Shown piece after piece: positions 53,214-63,130 of a stretch of 64,000 nt of DNA (positions are counted from its first letter, which is position 1; each line of letters begins with the position of its first letter). The translations under genes were made by a program, and so were the position numbers. Source of the DNA: an uncultured Candidatus Rokubacteria bacterium (GTDB lineage Bacteria; Methylomirabilota; Methylomirabilia; Rokubacteriales; CSP1-6). The notes under the pieces were generated by a model, which did not search any database, was not told the DNA's origin, and saw only the letters and a program-made list of their open reading frames with translations. Location of the stretch: contig CAVVEU010000004.1 in NCBI GenBank assembly GCA_963747235.1, positions 32,001-96,000 of the forward strand. The letters run 5' to 3'.

Positions 53214-54456
53214 CTATTCACAGAACTTGCACGGGGGGATGTTGCGATCGTAGGCCGGTCCCTTGAGATACTCGTCCTGCTTGTAGGTCCAGAACTGCGA
53301 GACGTTCGGATAGGTGTGGACGACGGTGTTCTGGAGCTTGCCCGCCCACCCGCTCCACCTTGCGGACGTAGACGTTCTGGATCGGGTTGTTCAGCTCGTC
53401 CATCTTCATGGGGCCGCGCGGGTCGTCGGTGATCGCCACCTGTCGGAGGGCGGCGACGAACTTCTCCTTGTTCTCGGCCTCGCCGTTGATCGCCTTGAGC
53501 GCCTCGTAGTAGAAGCGGGCGCCGGTGTAGCCCTGGGCGGAGTAGAGCGAGGTGCTGCGGCCGAAGCGCTTCTCGTAGGCGGCGGCGAACTTCTTGTTGG
53601 CCGGGGTGTCGAGCGCGGCACTGTAGTGCAGCGAGGTGATCACTCCGATCGCCTCGTCGCCCATGGCCTTGAGCACGTTCTCGTCGGTGAGGGTGCCGAC
53701 ACCGACGAGCGGCATCTTCTCCTTGAGGCCGACGTCGTTCCAGGTCTTGACGAAGCGGGGCGAGAGGCCGCCGGTGTGGCAGGCGAAGACCCCGTCGATG
53801 TCCTTCTTGAGCGACGCGAGGAACGGCGCGTAGTCCTGGATGTTGAGCGGCGTCCAGATCCGCTGCACCACCTTGCCGCCCAGGTCCTCGAACACGCGCT
53901 GGAAGCCCGCGTTGGTCTCCCAGCCGAACGCGTAGTCCATGCTGATCGTCGCCATCCGCCGCAGCTTGAGCTGCTTGTAGGCGTAGTCCCCGAGCGGATG
54001 GGTCATCTGGCTGCCCGAGGCCGAGGTGCGCACGATCCAGCGCACCGGCTTGCGCTGCGTGATGTCGTCGGGCGCGGTGATCGGGTAGACCGTCGGGATC
54101 TTGTTCTGCTCGATGTAGGGCACGAGCGCGTAGCCGGTGGCGGCCAGGAGCCCACCCGCGATCGTGTGCACCTTCTCCTGCTCGACCAGGCGCCGCACCT
54201 TGGTGAGGGCGCCGGTGGGCTCGGGGTCGGAGTCCTCGACGATGACCTTCACCTCGCGGCCCGCGACCTTGTTGCCCACCTCTTCCCAGAAGAGGTTGAA
54301 GCCGTCGGTCATGTCCTTGCCGGTCTGGGAGAAGTTGCCGGTGAGCGGACCGAAGTAGCCGATCTTGATCGGCTCCGCGCCACGGGCCCGGGAAGGCCGG
54401 ACCGCGGCGGCCGCCGCGGCGCCGCTCAGCGCCACCAGGAACTGTCGCCTCTGCAT
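53214..54456 (-). CDS. Branched-chain type ABC substrate-binding protein, Tat signal (frameshift ~53345)
   Basis: MQRRQFL, IKIGYFGPLTG, DYAFG, PRGPMKMD, VSQFWTY; paralog of 50849-52085. Confidence 0.9.
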
Positions 54457-54502
54457 GGGGACGCCTCCTCTTCGGTGAGGGGAAACGGGTGCTCGCGCCG
54501 CT

Positions 54503-54531
54503 ACACTAGGGATGGCCCTCTCATTTGTCAA
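54503..54531 (-). promoter_or_regulatory. sigma70-like promoter
   Basis: TTGACA-17nt-TAGTGT upstream of the SBP gene. Confidence 0.65.
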
Positions 54532-54593
54532 CCTTCGGACGGTGACTGGCGCGGGCTTGACAGGGTTCCGGGCGAGCTAGCACAGTCGGGCCC

Positions 54594-55751
54594 ATGCTCA
54601 ACGCCACCCGCGACCTCGTCCTGCCCACCACCATCACCGGCTCCTATCCGCGCCCCCACTGGTTCACCGAGGAGCTGCGCGGGCGGGGCTTCAAGGACGC
54701 GCTGGGCGATTCCCGCTTCCGCGAGCAGTACCTGGACGCGGTGGCCTGCCTGGTGCGCGAGCAGGAGATGGCCGGGCTCGACTTCGTCACCGACGGCGAC
54801 TCCCGGTTCGACCTCACGGTGGGCGGCAAGTCGTGGTTCTACTACGTGATCGAGCGCCTGAACGGCATCACCGGGGCCCAGGACCGCTCCACCGGCGGCG
54901 GCTGGAAATCGCTCCGGCCCGGCCACATCCTCTACGAGGTGATGGAGGCCTACCAGCCCGCGGTGGTGGGGGCCAAGCTCACGGGCGGCGCGCTCCAGTA
55001 CGCGGCCCTCTTCAAGACCGCCCAGCGGCTCGCGAACAAGCCGGTGAAGTTCGGCGCGATCACCGCCCAGTCGCTCGCCAAGATGCTGGTGGATCGCCAC
55101 TACGGCGGAGACCGCGACGTGATCCTGGCCCTGGCCGACATCTTCAACGCGGAGCTCAAGGAAGTCGCCGCCGCGGGCTGCCGGGTCATCCAGGTGGAGG
55201 AGCCGCAGCACCACATCGCGGGCGCCATCGGCGCCTCCGACAAGGACCTCGAGTTCTACACCGAGTCGGTGAATCGCGAGATCGCGGGGGTGAACACCGA
55301 GATCTGGCTGCACACGTGCTGGGGCAATCCGAACCAGCAGCCGCTGCACTGGGAGCGGCCGTCCTACGAGCGGTCGCTGCCGTATCTGCTGGCCACCAAC
55401 GCCGACGTGCTCACGCTCGAGTGCGCCTCCACCAACGGCCGCGACCTGCCGCTGCTCGGGAAGCACCGCACCGACAAGAAGATCGCCATCGGGGTCGTGA
55501 ACCACTCCACCGCGGCGGTGGAGCCGCCCGAAGTGGTGGCGAACCTGATCCGCAAGGCGCTGGAGTACGTGCCGCCGGAGCGGCTGATCCTCAGCACCGA
55601 CTGCGGCTTCGGCCGGGAAGGGCTGGCGCGCCGCATCGCGTTCTACAAGAGCGTGGCCATCAATCTGGGCGCGAACATCGTGCGCCGCGAGCTGAAGCTG
55701 CCGGAGGTGGAGATTCCCGCCGCCGATCCGCGCTTCACCTTCGCGGGCTGA
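54594..55751 (+). CDS. Cobalamin-independent methionine synthase II / single-barrel MetE-like Zn enzyme
   Basis: TGSYPRP, TDGD, QVEEP, HTCWGN, LEC, TDCGFG. Confidence 0.88.
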   Translation: MLNATRDLVLPTTITGSYPRPHWFTEELRGRGFKDALGDSRFREQYLDAVACLVREQEMAGLDFVTDGDSRFDLTVGGKSWFYYVIERLNGITGAQDRSTGGGWKSLRPGHILYEVMEAYQPAVVGAKLTGGALQYAALFKTAQRLANKPVKFGAITAQSLAKMLVDRHYGGDRDVILALADIFNAELKEVAAAGCRVIQVEEPQHHIAGAIGASDKDLEFYTESVNREIAGVNTEIWLHTCWGNPNQQPLHWERPSYERSLPYLLATNADVLTLECASTNGRDLPLLGKHRTDKKIAIGVVNHSTAAVEPPEVVANLIRKALEYVPPERLILSTDCGFGREGLARRIAFYKSVAINLGANIVRRELKLPEVEIPAADPRFTFAG

Positions 55752-55760
55752 CCAACTCTT

Positions 55761-55798
55761 CCCCTCTCCCCTCTGGGGAGAGGGCAGGGTGAGGGGGG
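55761..55798. repeat. REP-like palindrome family A, copy 4 (intergenic, abuts next start codon)
   Basis: CCCCTCTCCCC-tct-GGGGAGAGGG-CAGGGTGAGGGGGG. Confidence 0.9.
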
Positions 55799-55802
55799 TT
55801 CT

Positions 55803-56753
55803 ATGCCGACCATCAAGGTGCGAGACCTGGCCTGGGTGAGGCTGCGGGCGCCGGACCTGGACGCGATGGAGGAGTTCCTCACCCACTTCGGCCTCACGCG
55901 CGCCGCGCGCACGCCGAAGGCGCTCTACATGCGCGGGACCGACCCGGTCCACCACCTCCACGTCACCGAGAAGGCGGACGACGCCGGCTTCGTGGGCTTC
56001 GCCTACCACGCGGCGGGCGAGGGCGACCTGGCGCGGGTGGCGACGGCGCCCGGCGCCTCCGCGGTCGAGGCGATCGACGAGCCGGGCGGCGGCCGGCGGG
56101 TCCGCCTGCGCGAGCCCAACGGCTACCAGATCGAGGTGGTGTGGGGCCTCGAGGCGCCGGCGCCGATCCCGGTGGACTACACCCCGATGAACACCGGCGC
56201 GGAGCCCCTGCGGCGCGCGGGGACGCTGATGCGGCTGCGCAAGTCGCCCACCCCGATCAAGCGGATCGGCCACGGGGTCTTCGGCACGCCGCGCGTCGTC
56301 GAGACCGCACGGTGGTTCCGCGACACGCTGGGCTTCATCGGCTCGGACGACGTGTACGTGGGGACCAAGGACCACATCATCGGCTCGTTCAACCGCTGCG
56401 ATCGCGGGGACGAGTACGTGGATCACCACACGATGTTCTGCGTGATGAACGAGCGGGCCGGCATGAACCACGTCTCGTTCGAGGTGCCGGACGTGGACGC
56501 GGTGTTCAAGGACCACGAGTACCTGGCCGGGCTCGGCAAGTACGAGCACATGTGGGGCGTGGGGCGGCATCTCCTGGGCAGCCAGGTCTACGACTACTGG
56601 GCCGACCCGTGGGGCCGTGTGCACGAGCGGTGGGCGGACACCGACCGGCTGAACGCCCGGAGCGGCTCCAATCTCCTGTCCGCGGAAGAGGGGCTGGTGA
56701 GCCAGTGGGGCGAAGATCCACCGGAGCGATTCCTCCGGCACGTGACGACGTAG
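55803..56753 (+). CDS. Two-domain VOC / extradiol dioxygenase-like protein
   Basis: RIGH, DHHT, NHVSFEV, WGVGRHLLGSQVYDYWADPWG.VHE. Confidence 0.88.
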   Translation: MPTIKVRDLAWVRLRAPDLDAMEEFLTHFGLTRAARTPKALYMRGTDPVHHLHVTEKADDAGFVGFAYHAAGEGDLARVATAPGASAVEAIDEPGGGRRVRLREPNGYQIEVVWGLEAPAPIPVDYTPMNTGAEPLRRAGTLMRLRKSPTPIKRIGHGVFGTPRVVETARWFRDTLGFIGSDDVYVGTKDHIIGSFNRCDRGDEYVDHHTMFCVMNERAGMNHVSFEVPDVDAVFKDHEYLAGLGKYEHMWGVGRHLLGSQVYDYWADPWGRVHERWADTDRLNARSGSNLLSAEEGLVSQWGEDPPERFLRHVTT

Positions 56754-57112
56754 CGCCGCTCGCGCGGCTGCGGCGCATCTGCCTCGCGCTGCCGGGGACC
56801 GGCGAGAAGGTCTCCCACGGCGAGCCCACGTTCTGGGTGGGCGGGCGCATGTTCGCCACCTTCGACAACCACCACCACGGCGCCCCGCACGTGGGCGTCT
56901 GGCTCGCGATGCCGCTCGGCGCGCAGGAAGCCCTCGTCTACCAGGACCCCAAGCGCTTCTTCGTGCCGCCCTACGTGGGCACCGCGCGGCTGGGTCGGCG
57001 TGCGCCTCGACGGGCGCCCGAGCTGGAAGGGGGTGAGAAGGTAGTCCGCGAAGTCCTACGCCTTCATCAAGAACAAAAACCCTCTCCCCCGGAGGGGGAG
57101 AGGGCAGGGTGA
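56750..57112 (+). CDS. MmcQ/YjbR family protein (start unclear; frameshifted)
   Basis: LRRICLALPG, SHGEPTFWVGGRMFA, RFFVPPYVG, GWVGVRLD. Confidence 0.75.
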   Translation, partial: VAPLARLRRICLALPGTGEKVSHGEPTFWVGGRMFATFDNHHHGAPHVGVWLAMPLGAQEALVYQDPKRFFVPPYVGTARLGRRAPRRAPELEGGEKVVREVLRLHQEQKPSPPEGERAG

Positions 57113-57117
57113 GGGGG
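57080..57117. repeat. REP-like palindrome family A, copy 5
   Basis: CCCTCTCCCCC-gga-GGGGGAGAGGG-CAGGGTGAGGGGG at a convergent gene junction. Confidence 0.9.
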
Positions 57118-57132
57118 CGCGCAGCCAGCCCG

Positions 57133-57881
57133 CTACGACCAGACCTCCGTCGGGAACGGCAGCCCCTCGAGGTCGGCGTCGGTGAGCGGCGCGTCCTTCT
57201 CCACGCCGCAGCTCGTCGAGGAACCAGTAGATCTGCCGCAGGTGCTGGGCCGAGTGCCACGTCGTGCGCTCCATGAACTCGGGCGCCGACTGCGGGCCGT
57301 AGTAGGTGCTCACCTCGCCGTCGCACCAGCCGGGCCGCGCGAAGTAGGCCCGGAGCCGCTGGCGGACCGTCTCCCCGTAGCGCGCCACCGCGTCGCCGTC
57401 CGCCATCTCGGGCGGCGCGTTCTCCTCGAACCACGCCCCGTCGAGGTTGCCCTGCTCGCGCGTGTCCGCGTACGAGGCGGCGACCCGGAACACGTGGAAG
57501 CCGAGCTGGTGCACGGTCCGATCGCGCCCCGGGTACTTCATGCCGAGGTGCTCGCGCGGCACCTGCCGGATCGCCCGCTGGGTCGCGTCCAGGACGACGT
57601 CCATCCGCTCGGCGAGCTGGGCCGGGCTCAGCTTCTTCGGCGCGCGGTAGCGCACGCCCGACCAGCTCGGCCAGCGCCTGCGGGTTCCAGCCGTGCACGA
57701 TGCGCTCGCCCACGATGGTGGCGGGCACGCGCATCACGCCGAACGCTTCGAGGTCGGCCCGGCGCTCCGGCTGAGCCTCGACGTCGAAGCCCTCGAAGGC
57801 CACTCCCCATGACGAAAGCAACTCTTTCGTCTTGGCGCAGGAGCTTCAGCCCTGGCGGTAGTAGACGCGCGCGCGGTCCAT
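57133..57881 (-). CDS. Glutaredoxin-like (UxxC)-DinB fusion selenoprotein (UGA at 57846-57848; frameshifts ~57655 and ~57205)
   Basis: MDRARVYYRQG*SSCAKTKELL...RVPATIVG...HGWNP thioredoxin fold, followed by a DinB-like domain with GFHVF and WHSAQHLRQ. Confidence 0.82.
57807..57835 (-). promoter_or_regulatory. Putative bacterial SECIS hairpin
   Basis: CCA-A-GACGAAAG-AGUUG-CUUUCGUC-A-UGG starting 10 nt after the UGA. Confidence 0.7.
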
Positions 57882-57931
57882 GGCCTTCCCACTATACCCC
57901 GGCCCGCGGTGATCCTGGAAGGCGGGCCGGG

Positions 57932-59292
57932 TCACTCCACGGGCCCGATGCCGCGGCGGCGGAAGATCCGCCTGAGGATGGCCGCGTGCCGCCCTCGGTA
58001 GAGGTTGCGGTCGGCGTCGAGCATGGACCGCGCCCCGCGCGCGAAGGTGGTGAAGCCGTCGAGCTGGAAGTGGCTCTCCACGATGATGCGATCCGCCACG
58101 GGCCGCCCGGTTGCCTTCCAGATGTCCCACAGCGTGGCCGACCAGATCTGGCCGTTGTCGTGCTCGTCGGCCCGCGGGCCGTGGTCGAAGCTCTCGTAGG
58201 TGAGGCGCGAGTCGACCCGCCGGACGCAGGGCGGGTTGCCGTCGCCGAGCGCGCCGTCCCAGCTCATCACCGCCTCGACGTACGGGTCCCGCTTCTTCGC
58301 GGCGAAGAAGCTGGCCGCGAAGTAGTCGCCGAACCCTTCGCCCATCGCGGCCGCCTCCGGTGACTGGCCGAAGTCGGGGCAGATGGCGTCCTGGAGCGCG
58401 TGCCCGAACTCGTGGAGCACGGTCTCGCCGTCCTCCGCGTCGTCCACGTCGCCGGTGCCGAAGGTCAGGGTGCGCTCGCCCGGGCTGTACCACGAGTTGT
58501 CGTCGCGGGTGCCGCGCGCGTCCACCTCGAGAGGCCGCCGGAACAGGCGACGCGCACCCCGGTAGCCGAGCGTCTCGAGGTAGGCGATGGCCTCGTTCAC
58601 GTGGTAGTAGGCCGAGGCCTCCTCGAAGCCGGCGCGGAAGCGCGGCACCGAGAAGTCGAGCCGCGCGCTGCGCAGGCGCTTCGTTGTCAGCCGCGTGGTG
58701 ACCCGCCGGCCGTCCAGTCGGCTGTTGCCACGCAGGCCGGTGAGCTTCACGTCGACGTAAGCGGTCGCCGGCGGGCGCCGCACCCGGTCGGCCTCGTTGA
58801 GCGGCTCGAAGTCATGCGCCCGGGCCATCGGATTCGGCAGGAACACCATCGCGCGCCCCGTCGCCTCGGCGAGGTTGTCGTACCGGCTGAGGATGCTGCC
58901 GGTCACCGCGTGCACGTAGGTGATGACCTCCGAGCGGGGCCTGGTGCGGTGGATCCGCACGCGCCAGGCCGGATGCAGCAGCCGCTTGGCCGGGTACCAG
59001 AGCAGCTCCGGCTTGCCGACCACCCACGCGCGCCCCCGGCCGCGTCCCCCGCCCGCGAACGCCGCCCGCACCGCCGTCTCGCCCGCGAGGCGGGGCTCCT
59101 CGGTCTTGCGGAGCACGTCGTCCGGCACAGCCCGGCTCTTCACCAGGTACACCCGCCGGTCGCCGATGTGCACGGTGACGTAGGCGCGGTGAATGCGGCG
59201 GCGGCGCCAGAGCTGCTGGAGGTGACGTGGCGGCCGGGGCCGGGCGCGGCGCACCCGGCGCGACGACCGCCGGAGCGCGTGACGCGCCGCAT
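57932..59292 (-). CDS. M36/M4-type zinc metallopeptidase (5' end frameshifted or uncertain)
   Basis: FTP/PepSY-like propeptide remnants, AYYH, DNSWY, VLHEFGH, GEGFGDY, EHDNGQIWS. Confidence 0.85.
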
Positions 59293-59305
59293 GGTCCGGG
59301 TCGCC

Positions 59306-60881
59306 TCAGGACCGGGCGAGCCCGAACGCCTCCGCGTAGCGCCGCCACGCGTCCAGGTGGCTGCCGTACTTGCGGTGCCCCGCGGTGTGCTTGGCGGAGG
59401 CGAAGAGCAGGCGGTCGCGCTCCTCCGCGGTCGAGTGGCCGTAGTCGTCGAGCAGGCAGATGCCCAGCTCCTGGTTGTGCGGGTCGTTGCCCGCCTTGGC
59501 CGCGCCCACCGCGAGGGTCTGCAGCAGCGGCGCGCGGTCCGCGCCGTCGCGGAGGTAGGCGGCGACCCAGTCCATGGCCTCGAAGGCGCGCAGGCCGTCG
59601 AGCGCGCTGTCGAGACGCTTGAGCACTTCCGACGAGGTCAGCGCCGTCGGAGCCCTTGGGCGGCGCGATCTTCACCGGGTTGTTGTCCGGGGTGTGCTTC
59701 TGGTGATGCGCCGCGCGGGTGACGAAGGCGGCGGCCACGAAGAGGAGCTTGAGGCGGTGCGGGTGCTGGAACGTGTCGAAGAACCAGCGCACCGTGTTGC
59801 AGTACTCGTAGCTGTGCTGCGGCATCGAGTAGCCGTTGACGTCGCCCGTCTCGATGATGAGCTGCGCGGAGGCGAGCTGGATCGTGTCGATGATCTGGCG
59901 ATGACCCCGCCCGGCCTTGAGCAGCGCCACGAGCAGGTCGATGAAGGCCGGCTCCTGGCCGCTCAGGATCGCCTGCTGCAGCGCGAGCGACTCGACGGGG
60001 GTGAGCGCCGTGTCGTTGGCGAGCAGCTCGCGATCGCGATTGTCGAGCAGGTTCTGGACCACCAGGCAGCCCATCTCGTAGGTCGAGTACCAGCGGGGCC
60101 CCACCGCGATGTCGGGCACGCCCGCGTACAGGATCGAGTGCGCGTGCTGCCAGCCCACCGCGCGGGCCACCTCCACGGTGGCGCGGGCACGGTAGGACTT
60201 GTGCCCGGTGGTGTAGGAGCGGTTGTGCAGCACGCGGTCCTGCACGTCGATGAGGCCGGCGAACACGAGCTGGGCGAGCAGCGGGGTGCGCTTCGCCTCG
60301 TCGTCCACCGCCTCCTCCCACAGGCCCAGGAAGACGCGATAGGCGTTGATGACCTCGCCGCGCTGCACGAGCGTGAGCCACGTGTTGAGCCGCTCCGGCC
60401 ACGTGCCCTCGATGGCCAGCGGCTCCTGGTCCGGCCAGTGCACCTCGGGCAGGGGCGGCTTGCCCTCGAACTTGATCTCGTAGAGCCGCACGTAGTGCCC
60501 CGGCATCTTGCCGATGAGCTGGTTCCACGGATCGAGGCCCGTCGGCATGTACCAGATGGTCTGGGCGTAGGGCAGGTAGGCCAGCTCGGGCGGCATCAGC
60601 GGCATCAGGTCGAGGCTCGCGCGCGAGCTCAGCAGGCAGTGGTCGTTGTTGACGAACCGCGGCACGCCGTCGTCGAGGCGCTGGTGGTACGGCACGTGCG
60701 TGTAGGGCGCGTGGATGCGCACGATCTGGCCGGCCAGCTCGGCGAGCGGGACCTGCGCCCGCACCAGGTCGTAGAAGATGTCGCTGGCCGCCTTCTGATC
60801 CCGCTCGAGGATCTTGTTCTCGAGCCGCGCATAGGCAGTGCTGATCTCGGGACGCACGGACCGGTCGACGGAGGTGGCCAT
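59306..60881 (-). CDS. Uncharacterised ~520-aa helical repeat protein (frameshift ~59640)
   Basis: AAAGGAG RBS; strong codon bias; ORFs 58812..60881 and 59306..59626 join. Confidence 0.8.
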
Positions 60882-60988
60882 GGCGACGCTCCTTTGCGAG
60901 TTGCCGAGAATGTGTCACGCCCCGGCGGGGCCTGTCAAATGGCGCCGGGCTTGGCGACGGGCCCGCGGTCTGCTAGGCTCCGGCCGAC

Positions 60989-62119
60989 ATGGCGACCGCG
61001 ATCGCGCCGAGCGTGCAGGGCATCAAGCAGGTCGCCTGGCTCGACTGCCCGGGCGGCGGCCAGGTCTCGGTGGACGGGACCACCGCCTACATCGCCCACA
61101 TGAAGGCGCCCCACGGCACCAGCATCGTGGACGTGAGCGACCCGGCCCGGCCCCGCACGCTGGCCACCGTCGAGGTGCCGCCCCAGACCCACTCGCACAA
61201 GGTGCGCGTGGCCAACGGGCTCATGCTGGTGAACCGCGAGGCCCAGCCCGCGCATCAGCCCCCGGCCGGGGTCGGCGGCGGCCTCGTGATCTACGACGTC
61301 TCCGACCCGAGCCGGCCGCGCGAGATCACGTTCTGGAAGTGCGGCGGCGCCGGCGTGCACCGCTTCACCTTCGACGGGCGCTACGCCTACATCTCCCCCG
61401 AGATGGACGGCTACGTCGGCAACATCGTGATGATCCTCGACCTGCACGATCCGGCGAAGCCGAAGGAAGTCGGGCGCTGGTGGATGCCGGGGCAGTGGAC
61501 CGGGGGCGGGGAGACGCCGGCCTGGTCGGGGCGCCACCACCGCTGCCACCACCCGATCCGCTCGGGCAACCGGCTCTACGTGAGCTACTGGCACGGCGGC
61601 TTCGTGATCCTCGACATCGAGGACATGAGCAAGCCGCGCTTCGTCTCCGGGCTCGACTGGAGCCCGCCCTACATCACGCCGACCCACACCGCGCTGCCGC
61701 TGCCGTTCCCGCTCCACGGCCGCCGGATCATGCTGGCCGCCGACGAGGACGTGGCCAAGACCGCGCCGGGGCCGCCGTCGTTCCTCTGGCTGGTGGACAT
61801 CACCGACGAGCGCCACCCGGTGCCGATCTCGACCTTCCAGGTGCCGGGGGTGAACGGCGACCCGCAGCCCGAATTCACCGGCTGCCACCAGCCCTGCGAG
61901 CGGGTGACGGGCACCGAGATCCCGGTGGCCTGGTTCGCCCATGGGCTGCGCATCGTGGACGTCGCCAACCCCCATGCCCCCCGCGAGGTCGCCCACTTCC
62001 TGCCCGAGCCCCCCACGGGCCACGCCCGTGTCTCCAGCAACGACGTCGAGGTGGACGGCCGGGGGCTCTTCTACGTGATCGACCGGGGCCGAGGTTTGCA
62101 CATCCTGGAGCGGACTTAG
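60989..62119 (+). CDS. LVIVD-repeat beta-propeller protein
   Basis: IVDVSDPARP, IYDVSDPSRP, ILDLHDPAKP, ILDIEDMSKP, IVDVANPHAP; His at blade starts. Confidence 0.88.
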   Translation: MATAIAPSVQGIKQVAWLDCPGGGQVSVDGTTAYIAHMKAPHGTSIVDVSDPARPRTLATVEVPPQTHSHKVRVANGLMLVNREAQPAHQPPAGVGGGLVIYDVSDPSRPREITFWKCGGAGVHRFTFDGRYAYISPEMDGYVGNIVMILDLHDPAKPKEVGRWWMPGQWTGGGETPAWSGRHHRCHHPIRSGNRLYVSYWHGGFVILDIEDMSKPRFVSGLDWSPPYITPTHTALPLPFPLHGRRIMLAADEDVAKTAPGPPSFLWLVDITDERHPVPISTFQVPGVNGDPQPEFTGCHQPCERVTGTEIPVAWFAHGLRIVDVANPHAPREVAHFLPEPPTGHARVSSNDVEVDGRGLFYVIDRGRGLHILERT

Positions 62120-62168
62120 CCAGCACCCGCCCCGTTTCACATCCGCCCCTGGTCGGTGTCTCAGGGGC

Positions 62169-62516
62169 ATGAACAGCCAAGCGAATCCCCGCCCCACGAT
62201 CGCGCGCATCTGGCGCGGGTGCACGACCGCCGCCCGGGCCGACGAGTACGCGCGGTACCTCTACGAGCACGGCATCCGGCCGCTCGAGGCGAAGGCCCTC
62301 GGTGTCCAGCTGCTCCGCGAGGACCGCGCGACCGAGAGCGAGTTCGTGACGATCTCCTACTGGGAGAGCGTCGACGCGATGTCGCGCTTCGCCGGCCCGG
62401 ACCCGCGGCGCATCCACCACCTGGAGCGGGATCCCGAGTTCCTCATCGAGCTGCCCCGCTCAGTCCAGGTCCTCGACATCGTCGCGGCCAGCGGCCGGAC
62501 CGGAGGTGACACATGA
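62169..62516 (+). CDS. ABM-like dimeric alpha/beta barrel protein
   Basis: IARIWRG, EFVTISYWES.DAM..FAG. Confidence 0.8.
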   Translation: MNSQANPRPTIARIWRGCTTAARADEYARYLYEHGIRPLEAKALGVQLLREDRATESEFVTISYWESVDAMSRFAGPDPRRIHHLERDPEFLIELPRSVQVLDIVAASGRTGGDT

Positions 62517-63130
62517 ACAACCGAACGGACCACGGGTTCCTGATCCTGGCGGACGTTTCCGGCTTCACCGCCTTCGTGACCACCACGGAGCTCGAGCACG
62601 GCTCCGACATCATCGCGGCCCTTCTCGACGAGGTGGTCGGCCACCTCTCGCCGCCGCTCGAGATCCAGGAGATCGAGGGTGACGCGGTGTTCGCGCTCGG
62701 CGGGGAGGGATCTCCGCTGCCGAAGGCGCGGTTGCTCGAGGTCCTGGAAGACGCCTTCGCCGCCTTCAAGACGCGGCAGCGGGCGATGGCGGCCGACGAG
62801 ACCTGCGCCTGCGGCGCGTGCCAGCAGACCGGGACCCTCGATCTGAAGATGGTGGTCCACCACGGCCCGTTCCTGCGCCACACGGTGGGCGGGCGGGCCC
62901 GCGTGACCGGCACCGCGGTCATCCTGGTGCACCGGCTCCTGAAGAACGGGGTCGGGCGGAAGGGCGGCTACGCGCTCCTCACCGAGCCGGTGCTGCGGTC
63001 ACTCGGGATCGACGCGGTGGAGGCCGGGCTGCCGGCCCACACCGAGTCCTACGAGCACCTGGGCGACGTGCGCTGCTTCGTGCGCGACCTCACTCCCCCC
63101 CCTCTCCCCGCTGGGGAGAGGGCAGGGTGA
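62513..63130 (+). CDS. DUF2652 (class III cyclase-like fold) protein
   Basis: ADVSGFT, EIEGDA, CACGAC, LKMVVHHG, VILVHRLLKN. Confidence 0.82.
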   Translation: MNNRTDHGFLILADVSGFTAFVTTTELEHGSDIIAALLDEVVGHLSPPLEIQEIEGDAVFALGGEGSPLPKARLLEVLEDAFAAFKTRQRAMAADETCACGACQQTGTLDLKMVVHHGPFLRHTVGGRARVTGTAVILVHRLLKNGVGRKGGYALLTEPVLRSLGIDAVEAGLPAHTESYEHLGDVRCFVRDLTPPPLPAGERAG

